In this document: one piece after another, positions 28,415 through 37,716 of the stretch
How positions within the stretch are numbered: the first letter of the stretch is position 1
How the letters are laid out: each line of letters begins with the position of its first letter
NCBI GenBank assembly: GCA_963812755.1
Contig: CAWEWK010000005.1
Location: forward strand, 343,075-407,074
DNA: 64,000 nucleotides
Direction of reading: 5' to 3'
From: an uncultured Gemmatimonadales bacterium
GTDB lineage: Bacteria; Gemmatimonadota; Gemmatimonadetes; Gemmatimonadales; GWC2-71-9
Notes under the pieces: generated by a model
Seen by the model: only the letters and a program-made list of their open reading frames with translations
Told to the model about the DNA's origin: nothing
Databases searched by the model: none
Made by a program: the position numbers and the translations under genes

Positions 28415-29653
28415 ATGCGATTACATACCCCGTTTGCCAATGCGGCACACGGAGCGCCAGCGTACGGTTGGCCCTCTCTGCGCCGGCTCGCTCCGATTCT
28501 CCTGGCGGCCGCCGTGGGCTGCCGGGAGGACGCCGAGTCACCGACCGCCCCAGAGGCCACGCCACTCGCCGCCAGCGCCACACATGCGCTGGCATTCTTC
28601 CAGGTAAGCGCAGGCCAGCTACACACCTGCGGCGTAACTACCGACAATCGCGCTTATTGTTGGGGCGAGAACGGGCAGGGCCAGCTCGGGAACGGTTCGA
28701 CGACCGACCGCCTGACTCCAGTAGCCGTCTCCGGCACGCGCCGCTTCCGCCAGGTGAGCGCGGGCGATCACTTTACCTGCGGCGTGACCACGGACTACCG
28801 GGCTTACTGCTGGGGCCAGGGCTTTGCCGGCGAGCTCGGAGACGGTACGGGCACCAACCGCCTCACGCCTGTCCCGGTGGCTGGCGGGCAACGGTTCCGC
28901 CAGGTGGACGCGGGTCTCTTCCACACCTGCGCCGTGAGTTACCCAGACAACCACGCCTATTGCTGGGGCTACAACGGCGACGGCGAGAGCGGCGACGGCA
29001 CGACCACCAGTCCCCGCTTGGCGCCGGTGGCGGTCAACGGAGGGCGTGAGTTCCGTCAGGTGCAGGCCGGCGGCCGCCACACCTGCGGCGTGACGACATC
29101 GCGCGAGGCCTTCTGTTGGGGGGAGAACCTGCAAGGCCAAATCGGTGACGGCTCGGCGGGTTCCCCGCGTCTGACGCCCACCCTGGTGGCGGGAGGGCGC
29201 CGGTTCCTCCAAGTGGACGTGGGCTGGTCCCACAGCTGCGGCGTGACCCCCAATGACCGAGCCTTCTGCTGGGGATATGGCGGCAATGGACAAGTGGGCG
29301 ATGGGAGCAGCACACGGCGCGTGACGCCGGTCCCAGTCGCCGGCGGGCTCAGCTTCGAACGCGTGAGCGCGGGCTATCACCACACCTGCGGCGAGACCAC
29401 GTTGAACCGCACCTACTGCTGGGGAAACAATGACGGCGGCCAGCTGGGCGACGGTACGACGATCACTCGGCTAACGCCAGTCGCGGTCGGCGGCGGCCTC
29501 TTCTTCAGCCAAGTGAGTGCGGGCGACCTGCACACCTGCGGGAAAACCCCGGCCGCCGTAGCCTATTGCTGGGGCGCAGGTGGCAGCGGCCGGCTCGGCA
29601 ACGGCTCGACCAATAATCGCTTGAGGCCGGTCCCGGTCGCCGGCGGCAACTAG
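28415..29653 (+). CDS. RCC1-repeat (beta-propeller) lipoprotein
   Basis: Seven or more repeats of HTCG(V)T..xxAYCWGxNxxGQLGDG. Candidate lipobox LAAAVGC after ATG 28415. Confidence 0.82.
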   Translation: MRLHTPFANAAHGAPAYGWPSLRRLAPILLAAAVGCREDAESPTAPEATPLAASATHALAFFQVSAGQLHTCGVTTDNRAYCWGENGQGQLGNGSTTDRLTPVAVSGTRRFRQVSAGDHFTCGVTTDYRAYCWGQGFAGELGDGTGTNRLTPVPVAGGQRFRQVDAGLFHTCAVSYPDNHAYCWGYNGDGESGDGTTTSPRLAPVAVNGGREFRQVQAGGRHTCGVTTSREAFCWGENLQGQIGDGSAGSPRLTPTLVAGGRRFLQVDVGWSHSCGVTPNDRAFCWGYGGNGQVGDGSSTRRVTPVPVAGGLSFERVSAGYHHTCGETTLNRTYCWGNNDGGQLGDGTTITRLTPVAVGGGLFFSQVSAGDLHTCGKTPAAVAYCWGAGGSGRLGNGSTNNRLRPVPVAGGN

Positions 29654-30156
29654 TCTGGGACGTAGGGGATGGGACGGGGAAATCCATCCGGCGAGGTCGA
29701 GGATCACGACTGCCGCCGGATGGGCGCGAGCAGGGCTTTGCAAGCCCGACCAGGCGTTATCCACCTTCGCACGGCAAGCGAACTTCTCTCGAAGGATTCT
29801 GTAGGGTGCGAACGTCTTCCGGGATGTTCGCACCCTGGCTAAAACCCGGCTGCTCGTGCCGAACATCTTGCTGCCGCGCCGAGGCAGCGTGGTGCCCTGT
29901 TCCATGCCTTCCTCCGCGCCTCGGCCACTAGCAGGAAGCACCTCCAGTCACTGACGTGGACGCGCACGGCGGTTGGAAGTCGACCGTCACCATTCAGCGT
30001 TGCTACCAGCAGCCCGACGAGGCACCTATGTCGTCGGTCGTGCTTGGCGGGTTGAGTTGCGGGCGTGATTCAGACCCGTTCTTGCGCACGTCTTAGCTCA
30101 TCGCCACCTTGGGCGGGGCGTCCAGACGATTTAACTTGCAATCCGGTAATACATTC

Positions 30157-30196
30157 GGGGCGGTAGCTCAGCTGGGAGAGCACCTGCTTTGCAAGC
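30157..30196 (+). pseudogene. Truncated tRNA-Ala(UGC): nucleotides 1-40 only
   Basis: GGGGCGGTAGCTCAGCTGGGAGAGCACCTGCTTTGCAAGC covers the acceptor 5' strand, D-arm, anticodon stem 5' strand, the TTTGCAA loop and 2 nt of the 3' stem. The expected AGG..T-arm..CCA is absent here and nowhere else in the window. Confidence 0.85.
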
Positions 30197-30379
30197 TTGG
30201 ACCACCGAGCTGCCACCCCGACAACTTGCCGGTTTTCCCTCTGCAATGTCGGACTAATTCCGACCTCCCAGCCCCAGCTTATCGGTCTTTCTCGCCCTCA
30301 AACGTGTACACAAACCGTATCACCCCCGTTGTGGGGGCCTCATGCGGGGAAACCCACAAGCCCGCTCTCCTTTCCCAAG

Positions 30380-30508
30380 CCGGAACAGCCGGAACACACA
30401 CACCACACTACTACTACTAACTACATAAGAAGTAAGAAGCTGCACCTATTCCCCCAGGTGTTCCGTTTCGGTTGAAAGTGCCCGGAACATGCCGGAACAC
30501 CCGGAACA
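30380..30508. repeat. Iteron-like cluster: CCGGAACA x5 direct plus 1 inverted, flanking an AT-rich core
   Basis: Direct copies start at 30380, 30389, 30482, 30492 and 30501 (9-10 bp phasing). Inverted TGTTCCG at 30459-65. AT-rich CACTACTACTACTAACTACATAAGAAGTAAGAAG lies between. Confidence 0.8.
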
Positions 30509-30513
30509 GGGGG

Positions 30514-30624
30514 CTAGTCCCGGCCTTTCGTCTTGGCGCCGAGCTCAATCTCCGCAACCAACGCCGTGACGCTGAGCCCGAGCCCATCAGCGACCCGAGC
30601 GAGCGTTATGAGGCTGGGGTTGGT
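30514..30624 (-). pseudogene. C-terminal fragment of an XRE-type HTH protein
   Basis: The minus strand reads (stop)TNPSLITLARVADGLGLSVTALVAEIELGAKTKGRD*. No N-terminal half or start codon. Confidence 0.5.
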
Positions 30625-30644
30625 CTACCGCGTACCGGACCTTT

Positions 30645-31055
30645 ATGAGCACGCTGGAACGGGGAAAGATTGACCCGATCGTGCCGGTATTGGGCTCACC
30701 CCCGCTCCACGACCTCGGGTGGCTCTATGAACCCAAGTTTGATGGCTGGCGCGGGACGCTCTACCTGGACGGGCACTCCACGTACATCCGATCGAAGCGC
30801 GGCAATGTGCTACGCAGGTTCGGGGAGTTGGCTGGGCGGGTGAGGGCGGAGCTGGGGGTGAGGGACGCCATTCTGGACGGCGAGGTAGTAGCGCTCGATG
30901 ACGACGGCCAAATGTCCTTTAATGCTCTCGAGCGCGTCGACGCTGACGGCATGAGCGAGGAGATTACGACCCCGCTGGCTCGGGGTTCCTGGCCTCGGTT
31001 GGCAGATGCGCGAGTTCTAACCTTGCCGCCTGGCGACCAGATGGCCTATGTATGA
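30645..31055 (+). pseudogene. ATP-dependent DNA ligase N-terminal fragment (copy L0)
   Basis: ...VPVLGSPPLHDLGWLYEPKFDGWRGTLYLDGHSTYIRSKRGNVLRRF...LDGEVVALDDDGQMSFNALE, then unrelated sequence. Homologous to copies at 42978, 44661 and 49556. Confidence 0.75.
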
Positions 31056-31288
31056 TCGTCGCGGCGCGCTGTAGACTCTCCACGCTGGTCGTCTCCACCA
31101 CCCCGGAACTCGAAGTGGTGCGGATCCAACGTCCGCTCGCCTGTGATAAACCGGCCGTCCGGCCGCCCGAGAATGTGGGCGACGACGCGGTCGGTCAGCA
31201 CAGCGGCGGGTTCCCAGACACCAGCCGTGAGGTAGGGATACAATGATGCGAACTCCGACCGTAGCCTCGCGTGCCGCCCGGGGTTCAC
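31046..31288 (-). CDS. Hypothetical protein
   Basis: 80-aa ORF with plausible composition. No family recognised. Confidence 0.3.
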   Translation of the reverse strand: MNPGRHARLRSEFASLYPYLTAGVWEPAAVLTDRVVAHILGRPDGRFITGERTLDPHHFEFRGGGDDQRGESTARRDDHT

Positions 31289-31622
31289 GGCGCGGGCCTA
31301 AGAGCAACCAGGCCGTCTCTCACATGTCACTCCCATTGATATTCCTGGCGCTCCGCAGTCGAGTGATGATGCGGAGGGTCACATGACCAAGCAGGGCAAG
31401 CACGAGAAGCAGCAGACGCCCAGCTCGCCAGCTCCCACGATGAGGCCGAGCGACCATGGCACCTCGGCTGGTTACGGATCCTCGGCGAAAGGTGGCCTGC
31501 TACTCGGTCGGGCGTGAGTGTCAGCGGTTACCCACGGGCAGAGTTGCCCAGCTGCTAGCACGGGTACCCAGAGCCGGGGCTGGGAACCTCCACGTCCAGC
31601 CCCTTCCTCGTCCCTACCGACT

Positions 31623-32384
31623 TCACCCCGGATTAGCTCGAGCCGCGACTTCGTCCTCGATCTTCACCAGCTCGTGCTTGCCCGTTCGGCCGGTCAGAAG
31701 AAATGTGTAGCTCTTTCCAGCCTCGAGCTTGACATTGGGGAGAGACGCGAGTTTGGTGCTCTTGTTATCCGGACGCACCGTCAAGGTGCCTGAGCTGGGG
31801 TCGAACTCGTTCCACCCTGCCTCCACCTTGAAATTCACCCCGTCGAACAATGGCTCTTCGCGACCGCTGATAAACAGGTCAACATCGGTGTCGCCCGGCA
31901 TGCCGTTGATGAAGCGAACGCGAGCCTTGCCGCTCGTCACCGGCTTCAGGTCGTCGTCCAATACTCTCAGGTTCCGCTCGTTCTGATCATTCTCCGCCGG
32001 CAAGGCGATAATGGTGTAGTGGCCCCCGTCCTTCAACTTCTCCCGGTTGTGGGCGAGCGCGCTCCCGGCACCGCCAGCCCGGATCTGGAAGTCGAACCGG
32101 TCGTCCGGGATCTCCTTGAAGCCGGTGGCGCTCTTGTAGGCAACAGCACTGAAGGCGGCGCTGTCGCCTGCCCAGATGGTGACCGGCTCGCCTGGGATCG
32201 CATTCACTACCCGCACGAGGGCATTGTCCCGCTCCTCCACCGCCTCGGCGGGTGGCGCGCTGGTGGTCTTCTCCCCCTCACGTGACGTGACCGTGCCGGT
32301 TTTTCGGGTCTCGTTGCATGCGGCGGCAGAAGCCAGGATCGCCCCGACGAGGAAACCCGCCTGAAGTCGTGTCAAGTTGCGCAT
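31623..32384 (-). CDS. DUF4397-like lipoprotein
   Basis: Start MRNLTRLQAGFLVGAILASAAAC (lipobox). Repeated VRVVNAIPG / VRFINGMPG beta-sandwich-like motifs. Confidence 0.7.
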   Translation of the reverse strand: MRNLTRLQAGFLVGAILASAAACNETRKTGTVTSREGEKTTSAPPAEAVEERDNALVRVVNAIPGEPVTIWAGDSAAFSAVAYKSATGFKEIPDDRFDFQIRAGGAGSALAHNREKLKDGGHYTIIALPAENDQNERNLRVLDDDLKPVTSGKARVRFINGMPGDTDVDLFISGREEPLFDGVNFKVEAGWNEFDPSSGTLTVRPDNKSTKLASLPNVKLEAGKSYTFLLTGRTGKHELVKIEDEVAARANPG

Positions 32385-32443
32385 AAAGCACCTCGAGTAT
32401 GAGGCTGGGCGGCAGAACCCCCCCACTCACAGTGACACCTGGG

Positions 32444-33445
32444 TCAAATGGCGGCTGTCCGCCGCTCCGGGCCGGCATAGCTCGCATCGCGCCGACGGCG
32501 GCGCTCCTTGCCTTGCCATGGCCCGCGCGCGCGTACGTCCCCCCGCTCCTCAATCCGGGCCTCCTCACGACGAACGGTGTCGCGCACCGTTTCGGTCTCC
32601 TGCACGGGCCGCTTGCCGACCGTGATCTCCTCCTTCACGACCGGCCGTTTCTCCACCCGCACCTCCTCCTCGGTGAGCGGAATCCGGATTTCCTCGCCTT
32701 CCTTGATGTTGCCCGTGGCCGGCCGCCCCGAGACCGGGCGCCGTTCGATGACGGCCTCCTCCCGCGTGACCGGCACCTTGATGGTCTTCTCCTCGCTCAC
32801 GACATCCTTGCGGACCCGGACCTCACCGGCCTTGACCCGCTCCTTCCTGGCCAGCAACTCTTCCTCGCTCAGTTGGAGTCGCTCCCGGTCCCTGGCGTCA
32901 AAGGCTGCCACGGCCGCCGGGCCGAACTCCGCGCTGGCGTCGAGGAGGATCCGGCGTGCGTCGGCGGCCGCGGCGCCGGCATCGACCGTCACCAGGATGC
33001 CGCCTTCCCGGAGCCCGGTCTCGTAGTACCGGGCGTCCTCCTCTGGAATGCCCATGCCGATCAGCGCCCCGATGAGGCCTCCAGCGGCCGCACCGATCCC
33101 GGCGCCGGCCAGAGTCGAGGCGAGCGCGCCCCCAGCGATGATCGGGCCGATCCCTGGAATCACGAGCGCGCCGACGCCGGCGAGGAGCCCGACGACGCCG
33201 CCGACCACGCCGCCGCTCACCGCGCCGGCAGCAGCGCCCTCACCCGCCTTCGTACCTGTGTCTGTAGCCAGTCGGCGTTCCTCGGCGCGGTCCTGCATGA
33301 CGACGCCGATCCGGCTGTCCGAGAAGCCAGCGGCCTTGAGATCGCGAATCGCCCGCTCCGCCTGAGCGGTGTCGCGGAACAGCCCGACGACGGCTTCTGG
33401 GCGTCGGGCAGTGTCGGGGCTATCAAATGGATTCATGGTTATCAC
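32444..33445 (-). CDS. General stress protein: N-terminal stress domain, glycine-zipper segment, and C-terminal YsnF/DUF2382 repeats
   Basis: GLFRDTAQAERAIRDLKAAGF. G/A-rich zipper GGVVGGVVGLLAGVGALVIPGIGPIIAGG. EEVRVEKRPV-type DUF2382 repeats. Confidence 0.75.
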   Translation of the reverse strand: MITMNPFDSPDTARRPEAVVGLFRDTAQAERAIRDLKAAGFSDSRIGVVMQDRAEERRLATDTGTKAGEGAAAGAVSGGVVGGVVGLLAGVGALVIPGIGPIIAGGALASTLAGAGIGAAAGGLIGALIGMGIPEEDARYYETGLREGGILVTVDAGAAAADARRILLDASAEFGPAAVAAFDARDRERLQLSEEELLARKERVKAGEVRVRKDVVSEEKTIKVPVTREEAVIERRPVSGRPATGNIKEGEEIRIPLTEEEVRVEKRPVVKEEITVGKRPVQETETVRDTVRREEARIEERGDVRARGPWQGKERRRRRDASYAGPERRTAAI

Positions 33446-33838
33446 TCCTGCGTTTTACGCCGGCCTTGCCTGTCGCGGTCGGCTAGGACCCGTAACCTAA
33501 GTGGCGTACTGAGCGACGGTTGTGGCCGACATCACGGCAGCCAGTATGCGACGTGGCATATTACTACGGCCGCCAATGGCGTCCTCGCCGACCGCTAATC
33601 CGATATTTCCTGAGCGCGCTCTTGGCAGGCAGGCTACGAAGTCGCAGTCATGGCGACTTCTCCCGGGTGCACGCGTTGGAGGAGTGGTCGGGCCAAGAGT
33701 CCACGAGGACAAGCAGAAATTGATTCGACGGAAACGGCTCGCGCAGGGTGAGGACATCCGGTCGCGTTCACTCGCCAGGCTTATCCGTCATTCGTTAAGC
33801 AGCCTGCCGCACTTCCGCATCCGTTGTGACGACTACGC

Positions 33839-34189
33839 ATGAAGGCCACCAGAATGGATGAGCAGTTGAAGATCCGAGCGCAGGCACTCGCCTCGAAACT
33901 GGCTGGCTCTACGCCTGGCACGTATGAGAACCACCTCTCGAAGCGTCTCCAAGCGATCCTGCAAGCATCACCTTTGGATCAGGCCGAGCTAATTCGAAAA
34001 ACGCTCTCTACTGCCGACCAGAACTGGTATGAGAGCAAGATCAATGGGTACGCTATTCTGATAGACGATCTTAAGACCGACGCGGGCGAGGTAATGCAGG
34101 AGTACGTCGAGTCCGCCAACCAGTCGAGATTGGAGGCGGAGCGCGATCAGGACGTGATTCGGGAGCTGAGAGCTCCTCCGCGCGGATGA
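33839..34189 (+). CDS. Hypothetical protein
   Basis: 116-aa ORF in a lower-GC patch. No motif recognised. Confidence 0.4.
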   Translation: MKATRMDEQLKIRAQALASKLAGSTPGTYENHLSKRLQAILQASPLDQAELIRKTLSTADQNWYESKINGYAILIDDLKTDAGEVMQEYVESANQSRLEAERDQDVIRELRAPPRG

Positions 34190-34311
34190 CGGATTGATGG
34201 CGCCGTCGAGTCTTAGACACGCCTTGCTAGCGGAGCGGTGGCCTCTCCAGGGTGACAAACGAGGAGATCGAGCTTGGGCGCTCGCTCAGTCAGGTCGAAG
34301 TGCGGGTGGAG

Positions 34312-34395
34312 CATCCTAGTTGTTGATGATGAGCCCAGGCTCTCTTTCACCCCCATCCTAGTTGTTGATGACGAGCCCAGGCTCTCTTTCAACCC
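34312..34395 (+). repeat. 42-bp tandem duplication (x2) carrying a receiver-domain N-terminal motif
   Basis: CATCCTAGTTGTTGATGA(T/C)GAGCCCAGGCTCTCTTTCA(C/A)CCC twice. Reads ILVVDDEPRLSF in frame but has no start codon. Confidence 0.85.
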
Positions 34396-34423
34396 TCATT
34401 TCAGCAAGGGCTCGGCCCCCTGG

Positions 34424-34859
34424 TCAGCGCTGACCGGCGCGTGAGCGAGATCGCGTCCGACGACTGGGCCGCTCGAGCAATACCCTAACTGCCTGCGCCA
34501 GTTCCTCACTCCTAAACGGCTTTAGGAGCACGGGAACGCAGTAATCCCGCAGGGTGGACTCGAGGAGTTCAGTCGCCGTGGCGCCAAATCCGGTGATCAG
34601 AGCAGCGGCAACTCCGGGTGCGAATGGGAGAGGGTATCGATGACCTCGAGGCCGTTTTGGTTGGGGAGCATGAGATCGATCAGCGCCACATCTATCGGCG
34701 GGGCCCCCGGTCGATCATTTGAAGCCCGGTCTCACCATCCGCGGCCTCCAAGACGGTGCAGACGCGGGGCTCGAGTGCGTTGCGAATCGTGCGGCGGACG
34801 GAGGGTTCATCGTCGATCACAAGCGCTGCAGGGCCCTGAAATGTGCTTGCGTTAGCCAT
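34424..34859 (-). pseudogene. Response-regulator receiver gene with at least 2 frame breaks
   Basis: MANASTFQGPAALVIDDEPSVRRTIRNALE...EAADGETGLQMI, then IDVALIDLMLPNQNGLEVI, then ITGFGATATE...LLKPFRSEELAQAV, in three different frames. Confidence 0.7.
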
Positions 34860-35215
34860 CGGGGCCATCCATTCTGCGGACGCACCGCGAAGTAGGAAGC
34901 AGATGCGCAAACGACAGCAAGGCGTAGTGGAGGGCAGAAGGGAGATCCCTACTCACCGTAGACGCTCTAGAACAAGATCAAAGCCCGACATGGACCCGGG
35001 CATGAAGCTGTTCCGAGGTGACGGTGAGCTTCAGCCCCGACTAGCGCCCGAATCCTACCGAGGGCGTCCCACATGGGGATGTGACTCGTCTCACGGCCAT
35101 CGAGGGAGGCGATAGCATAATCGCACGCTCGGGTGTCACTTACTGAGCAACTTAGAAGGCCGCTCAGCAATCCAACCAGGTCGTGCTTCGTAGACGTTCG
35201 GCACGACCCGTAGAC

Positions 35216-35341
35216 CTATGCTGGCCACCCGTCCCGCTTGACGCCCTCGTTCCGCGTCGTGGGGTGGCCCACAGGGTCCACCATGAAAATCGCAAAGTCG
35301 CGCACCTGCTCGACCAGGGTACGGAATCGCCGGTCCCTTGC
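35216..35341 (-). pseudogene. PAS-domain N-terminal fragment of a sensor kinase
   Basis: RFRTLVEQVRDFAIFMVDPVGHPTTRNEGVKR resembles the common start of PAS-HK proteins and ends in a stop. No kinase core follows. Confidence 0.4.
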
Positions 35342-35551
35342 CGCCGCGACTCGTCTAACCCCGCCTGAATGCCTCGACCGCTGCCCGATCCCAGCCCCGA
35401 CTGCGCTCGCGCTGGAGCGCACGGTGGAGCACCCACCCGGCAAGCACACTGCCGGGGTACGCCTGGATAAAGACCCCAGCCAAGCTGCTGTACGTGAGGC
35501 TGGATTGGCTGGGGATCCGGGATCACCCGCCGGACGGCATGGACCCAGCAA

Positions 35552-35911
35552 TTAGGCCCCTAACAGGCGCCGCACTGCGGCAACTAGCTCCGCGCTATTG
35601 TAAGGCTTGGGCAGGAAGTCATGGAGCAGGGCAACGTTCTCGGACTGTTGGAATACCGGCTCCGCATAGCCCGAGATAAAGAGGACGGGTAGGTCGCGAC
35701 GGAACCCCCACGCCGCACGAGCGAAGTCCAGTCCGCTGACTCCCGGCATCCGGATATCAGTCAGGAGCAGATCAACGCTGAGCCCGCGCTGGAGCAATTC
35801 GAGCGCCACCTCGCCCGACCCGGTTCCGACCGCCTCGAATCCTGCCTTTTGTAGTATGGTCAGGCCTCGGAGAGTGGCCTCGTCGTCAACAACGAGAGTA
35901 GTTAAGGGCAC
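35552..35911 (-). CDS. Single-domain response regulator (CheY-like receiver)
   Basis: TLVVDDE, LLLTDIRMPG, LPKPY motifs. 119 aa, appears intact. Confidence 0.82.
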   Translation of the reverse strand: MPLTTLVVDDEATLRGLTILQKAGFEAVGTGSGEVALELLQRGLSVDLLLTDIRMPGVSGLDFARAAWGFRRDLPVLFISGYAEPVFQQSENVALLHDFLPKPYNSAELVAAVRRLLGA

Positions 35912-36186
35912 GCCTCAAGATACCTGAGAGGACACATGGTCACCCGGGGAGCCGCCACTGGGCTCCGGGTCCAGATCCTTTTCAGCGAGTTACTGCTGGT
36001 CCCGCACGCCACGGCTCACTTCCCTGGATTGGTGCCGGACCATCAGACTGTGCGCTCCAACACGGTGACGATTACAGTCACCCCCTAGGGTACAGGCGAG
36101 GTTCAGCCTAAAACGATTAACTCGGACCGAATCGCCCCGCACTATGGCAGCGTGATCGCGGACCTCCAAGAACGCAACGTCCGAAT

Positions 36187-36498
36187 GTGCAGACTATGGA
36201 TCAGATCGATTACGAGCTGCTCAGCCGACTGGCGGCCGGCGAGTCCGTTCTTCGGCCGGCCGATCGCACTGATCAAGCCCGGGACGACTTTCAGCAAACC
36301 GTAGTCCGGCTGCTGTCGCTGCGGGATCGCGGCTGGATCACCCTGCCGGATGGTCGACTTACGCGGAGTCAAAGCGGGGCGTATCTCTTGCTCGCGGGCC
36401 CGTGTTCATTGACGGACGCCGGGCGAGGCGCTGCGCTTGAGCACGACCGGCACTTGGGTACACGACCACCCTCCCAGGAGGGCAAAGAGCATCACTGA
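36187..36498 (+). CDS. Hypothetical protein (paralogue family with 36684 and the fragment at about 47455)
   Basis: Shares the pattern EL.LL..L...E.L...(F.QTV..L....GW..L) with the neighbouring ORF. Confidence 0.45.
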   Translation: MQTMDQIDYELLSRLAAGESVLRPADRTDQARDDFQQTVVRLLSLRDRGWITLPDGRLTRSQSGAYLLLAGPCSLTDAGRGAALEHDRHLGTRPPSQEGKEHH

Positions 36499-36683
36499 TG
36501 TTGTACGAATGCTTCGGCGGTCCGCTTGATGGCCGCAAGATTGCAGACCATGGGCCACGCTTCACGGTCGAACTCGAAGGAAGGATGATTCGGGCGGGTG
36601 TGGATCGGACGCCATCTGGGTACTACGAACGGTTGGCTGATGGTTACCATTGGCGCCCGACGTGAGTGCCAGGGTAGGCTGCG

Positions 36684-36986
36684 GTGCCGCTGACGAGCGA
36701 CGAGCTGACACTGCTCCGATCATTGTGTGAGGCCGAGGTGCTGACCTTCTCGCCTGAGGATATGACGTCGCCAGCGCTGGAGCGGTTCGAGCAGACCGTC
36801 GCCTTGCTCCGCAGGATGGAAGGATCGGGGTGGGTTCAGCTCGAGATCACACACCCTGTACACAGCTCGCGCTGCCGGTACCGCCCGCAGACGCGAATTG
36901 CCGCCGCCCGGTGTACTGAGCAAGGTAGAGAGGGTCCTTCGGCATTTGCGGTAGCCCCGCATGCCGGAAAGTGGGGTGCGGAATGA
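36684..36986 (+). CDS. Hypothetical protein (paralogue of 36187)
   Basis: SDELTLLRSLCEAEVLTFSPEDM...FEQTVALLRRMEGSGWVQL. Confidence 0.45.
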   Translation: MPLTSDELTLLRSLCEAEVLTFSPEDMTSPALERFEQTVALLRRMEGSGWVQLEITHPVHSSRCRYRPQTRIAAARCTEQGREGPSAFAVAPHAGKWGAE

Positions 36987-37364
36987 GACTCTTGGTCGTG
37001 GAGGACTCGGCGCTGATCCGGACGGTCACTCGCTTGGCTTTTCCATCAAGAGATCACGAGATACAGGAAGCGGCGAATGGCCGGCAAGCCCTGACGATTC
37101 TCGATGCTGCGACTCAACGCTTCGATGCCATTCTGCTGGATCTCAGGATGCCGGAGATGAATAACGGGGAGTTCATCCGCGCGCTCGGGCAGCGTGCGCT
37201 CCATCGCGACACGCCGATAGTGGTGGCGAGCAGCGAGGGGGAAACCTCAGAGCTAGTCCAAGAGGCGCGTCGGGCGTGGCGTGGCCGCGATCGTGAAGAA
37301 ACCCTGGAAACCTCAGGAACTTGCCCAGCTAGTACAGGCCTGCATTGAGCGTCGTGCAGAGTGA
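36983..37364 (+). CDS. Response-regulator receiver with a +1 frame break near 37275
   Basis: MRLLVVEDSALIRTV...ILLDLRMPEMN...; the expected C-terminus GVAAIVKKPWKPQELAQLVQACIERRAE* is in the next frame. Confidence 0.65.
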
Positions 37365-37552
37365 CACCCGGTAGAATGCTGGCGCGGATCTATATCGTGG
37401 TGAACGAGCCGGAGAAAGCGGTGGATCAGGTGGAGGTATTGCTCAAGACTCCGAGTTACTTCGCTCCGGGTCGGTTCCGCGTCGATCCCAACTTTGCTCC
37501 GCTTGGAGGCAACCCCCGCTTCGAGCGGTTGGTCGGAACGAAGCAACAATGA
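37361..37552 (+). pseudogene. C-terminal TPR-type fragment
   Basis: LARIYIVVNEPEKAVDQVEVLLKTPSYFAPGRFRVDPNFAPLGGNPRFERLV resembles the extreme C-terminus of large TPR regulators. No upstream body. Confidence 0.4.
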
Positions 37553-37716
37553 GCGCCACCGGCCCCCCACAGGATTGGCCGATGCCAGCACTACCTCGCC
37601 ATACGCTCCGACCCTGAGCCCTCGCAGGCAGCCCGAGGTTGAGCAGGTACGGAGCGAGCTGGCGAAGTTGCTCAGCGAGCCCGCAGCATTGAACCGTTTA
37701 TGATCCAGCGGTGGGT

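Noticed and set aside
29804-29835. Perfect 10-bp hairpin GGGTGCGAAC-N12-GTTCGCACCC downstream of the RCC1 gene, considered as a terminator or REP-like element.
   Set aside because: No T-tract on either strand and only one copy in the window. Function cannot be supported, so it is noted only.
29471-29941. The 156-aa minus-strand ORF upstream of the tRNA fragment, considered as a possible integrase or transposase remnant.
   Set aside because: No recombinase motifs. It overlaps the RCC1 3' end and the hairpin above, so it is probably non-coding.
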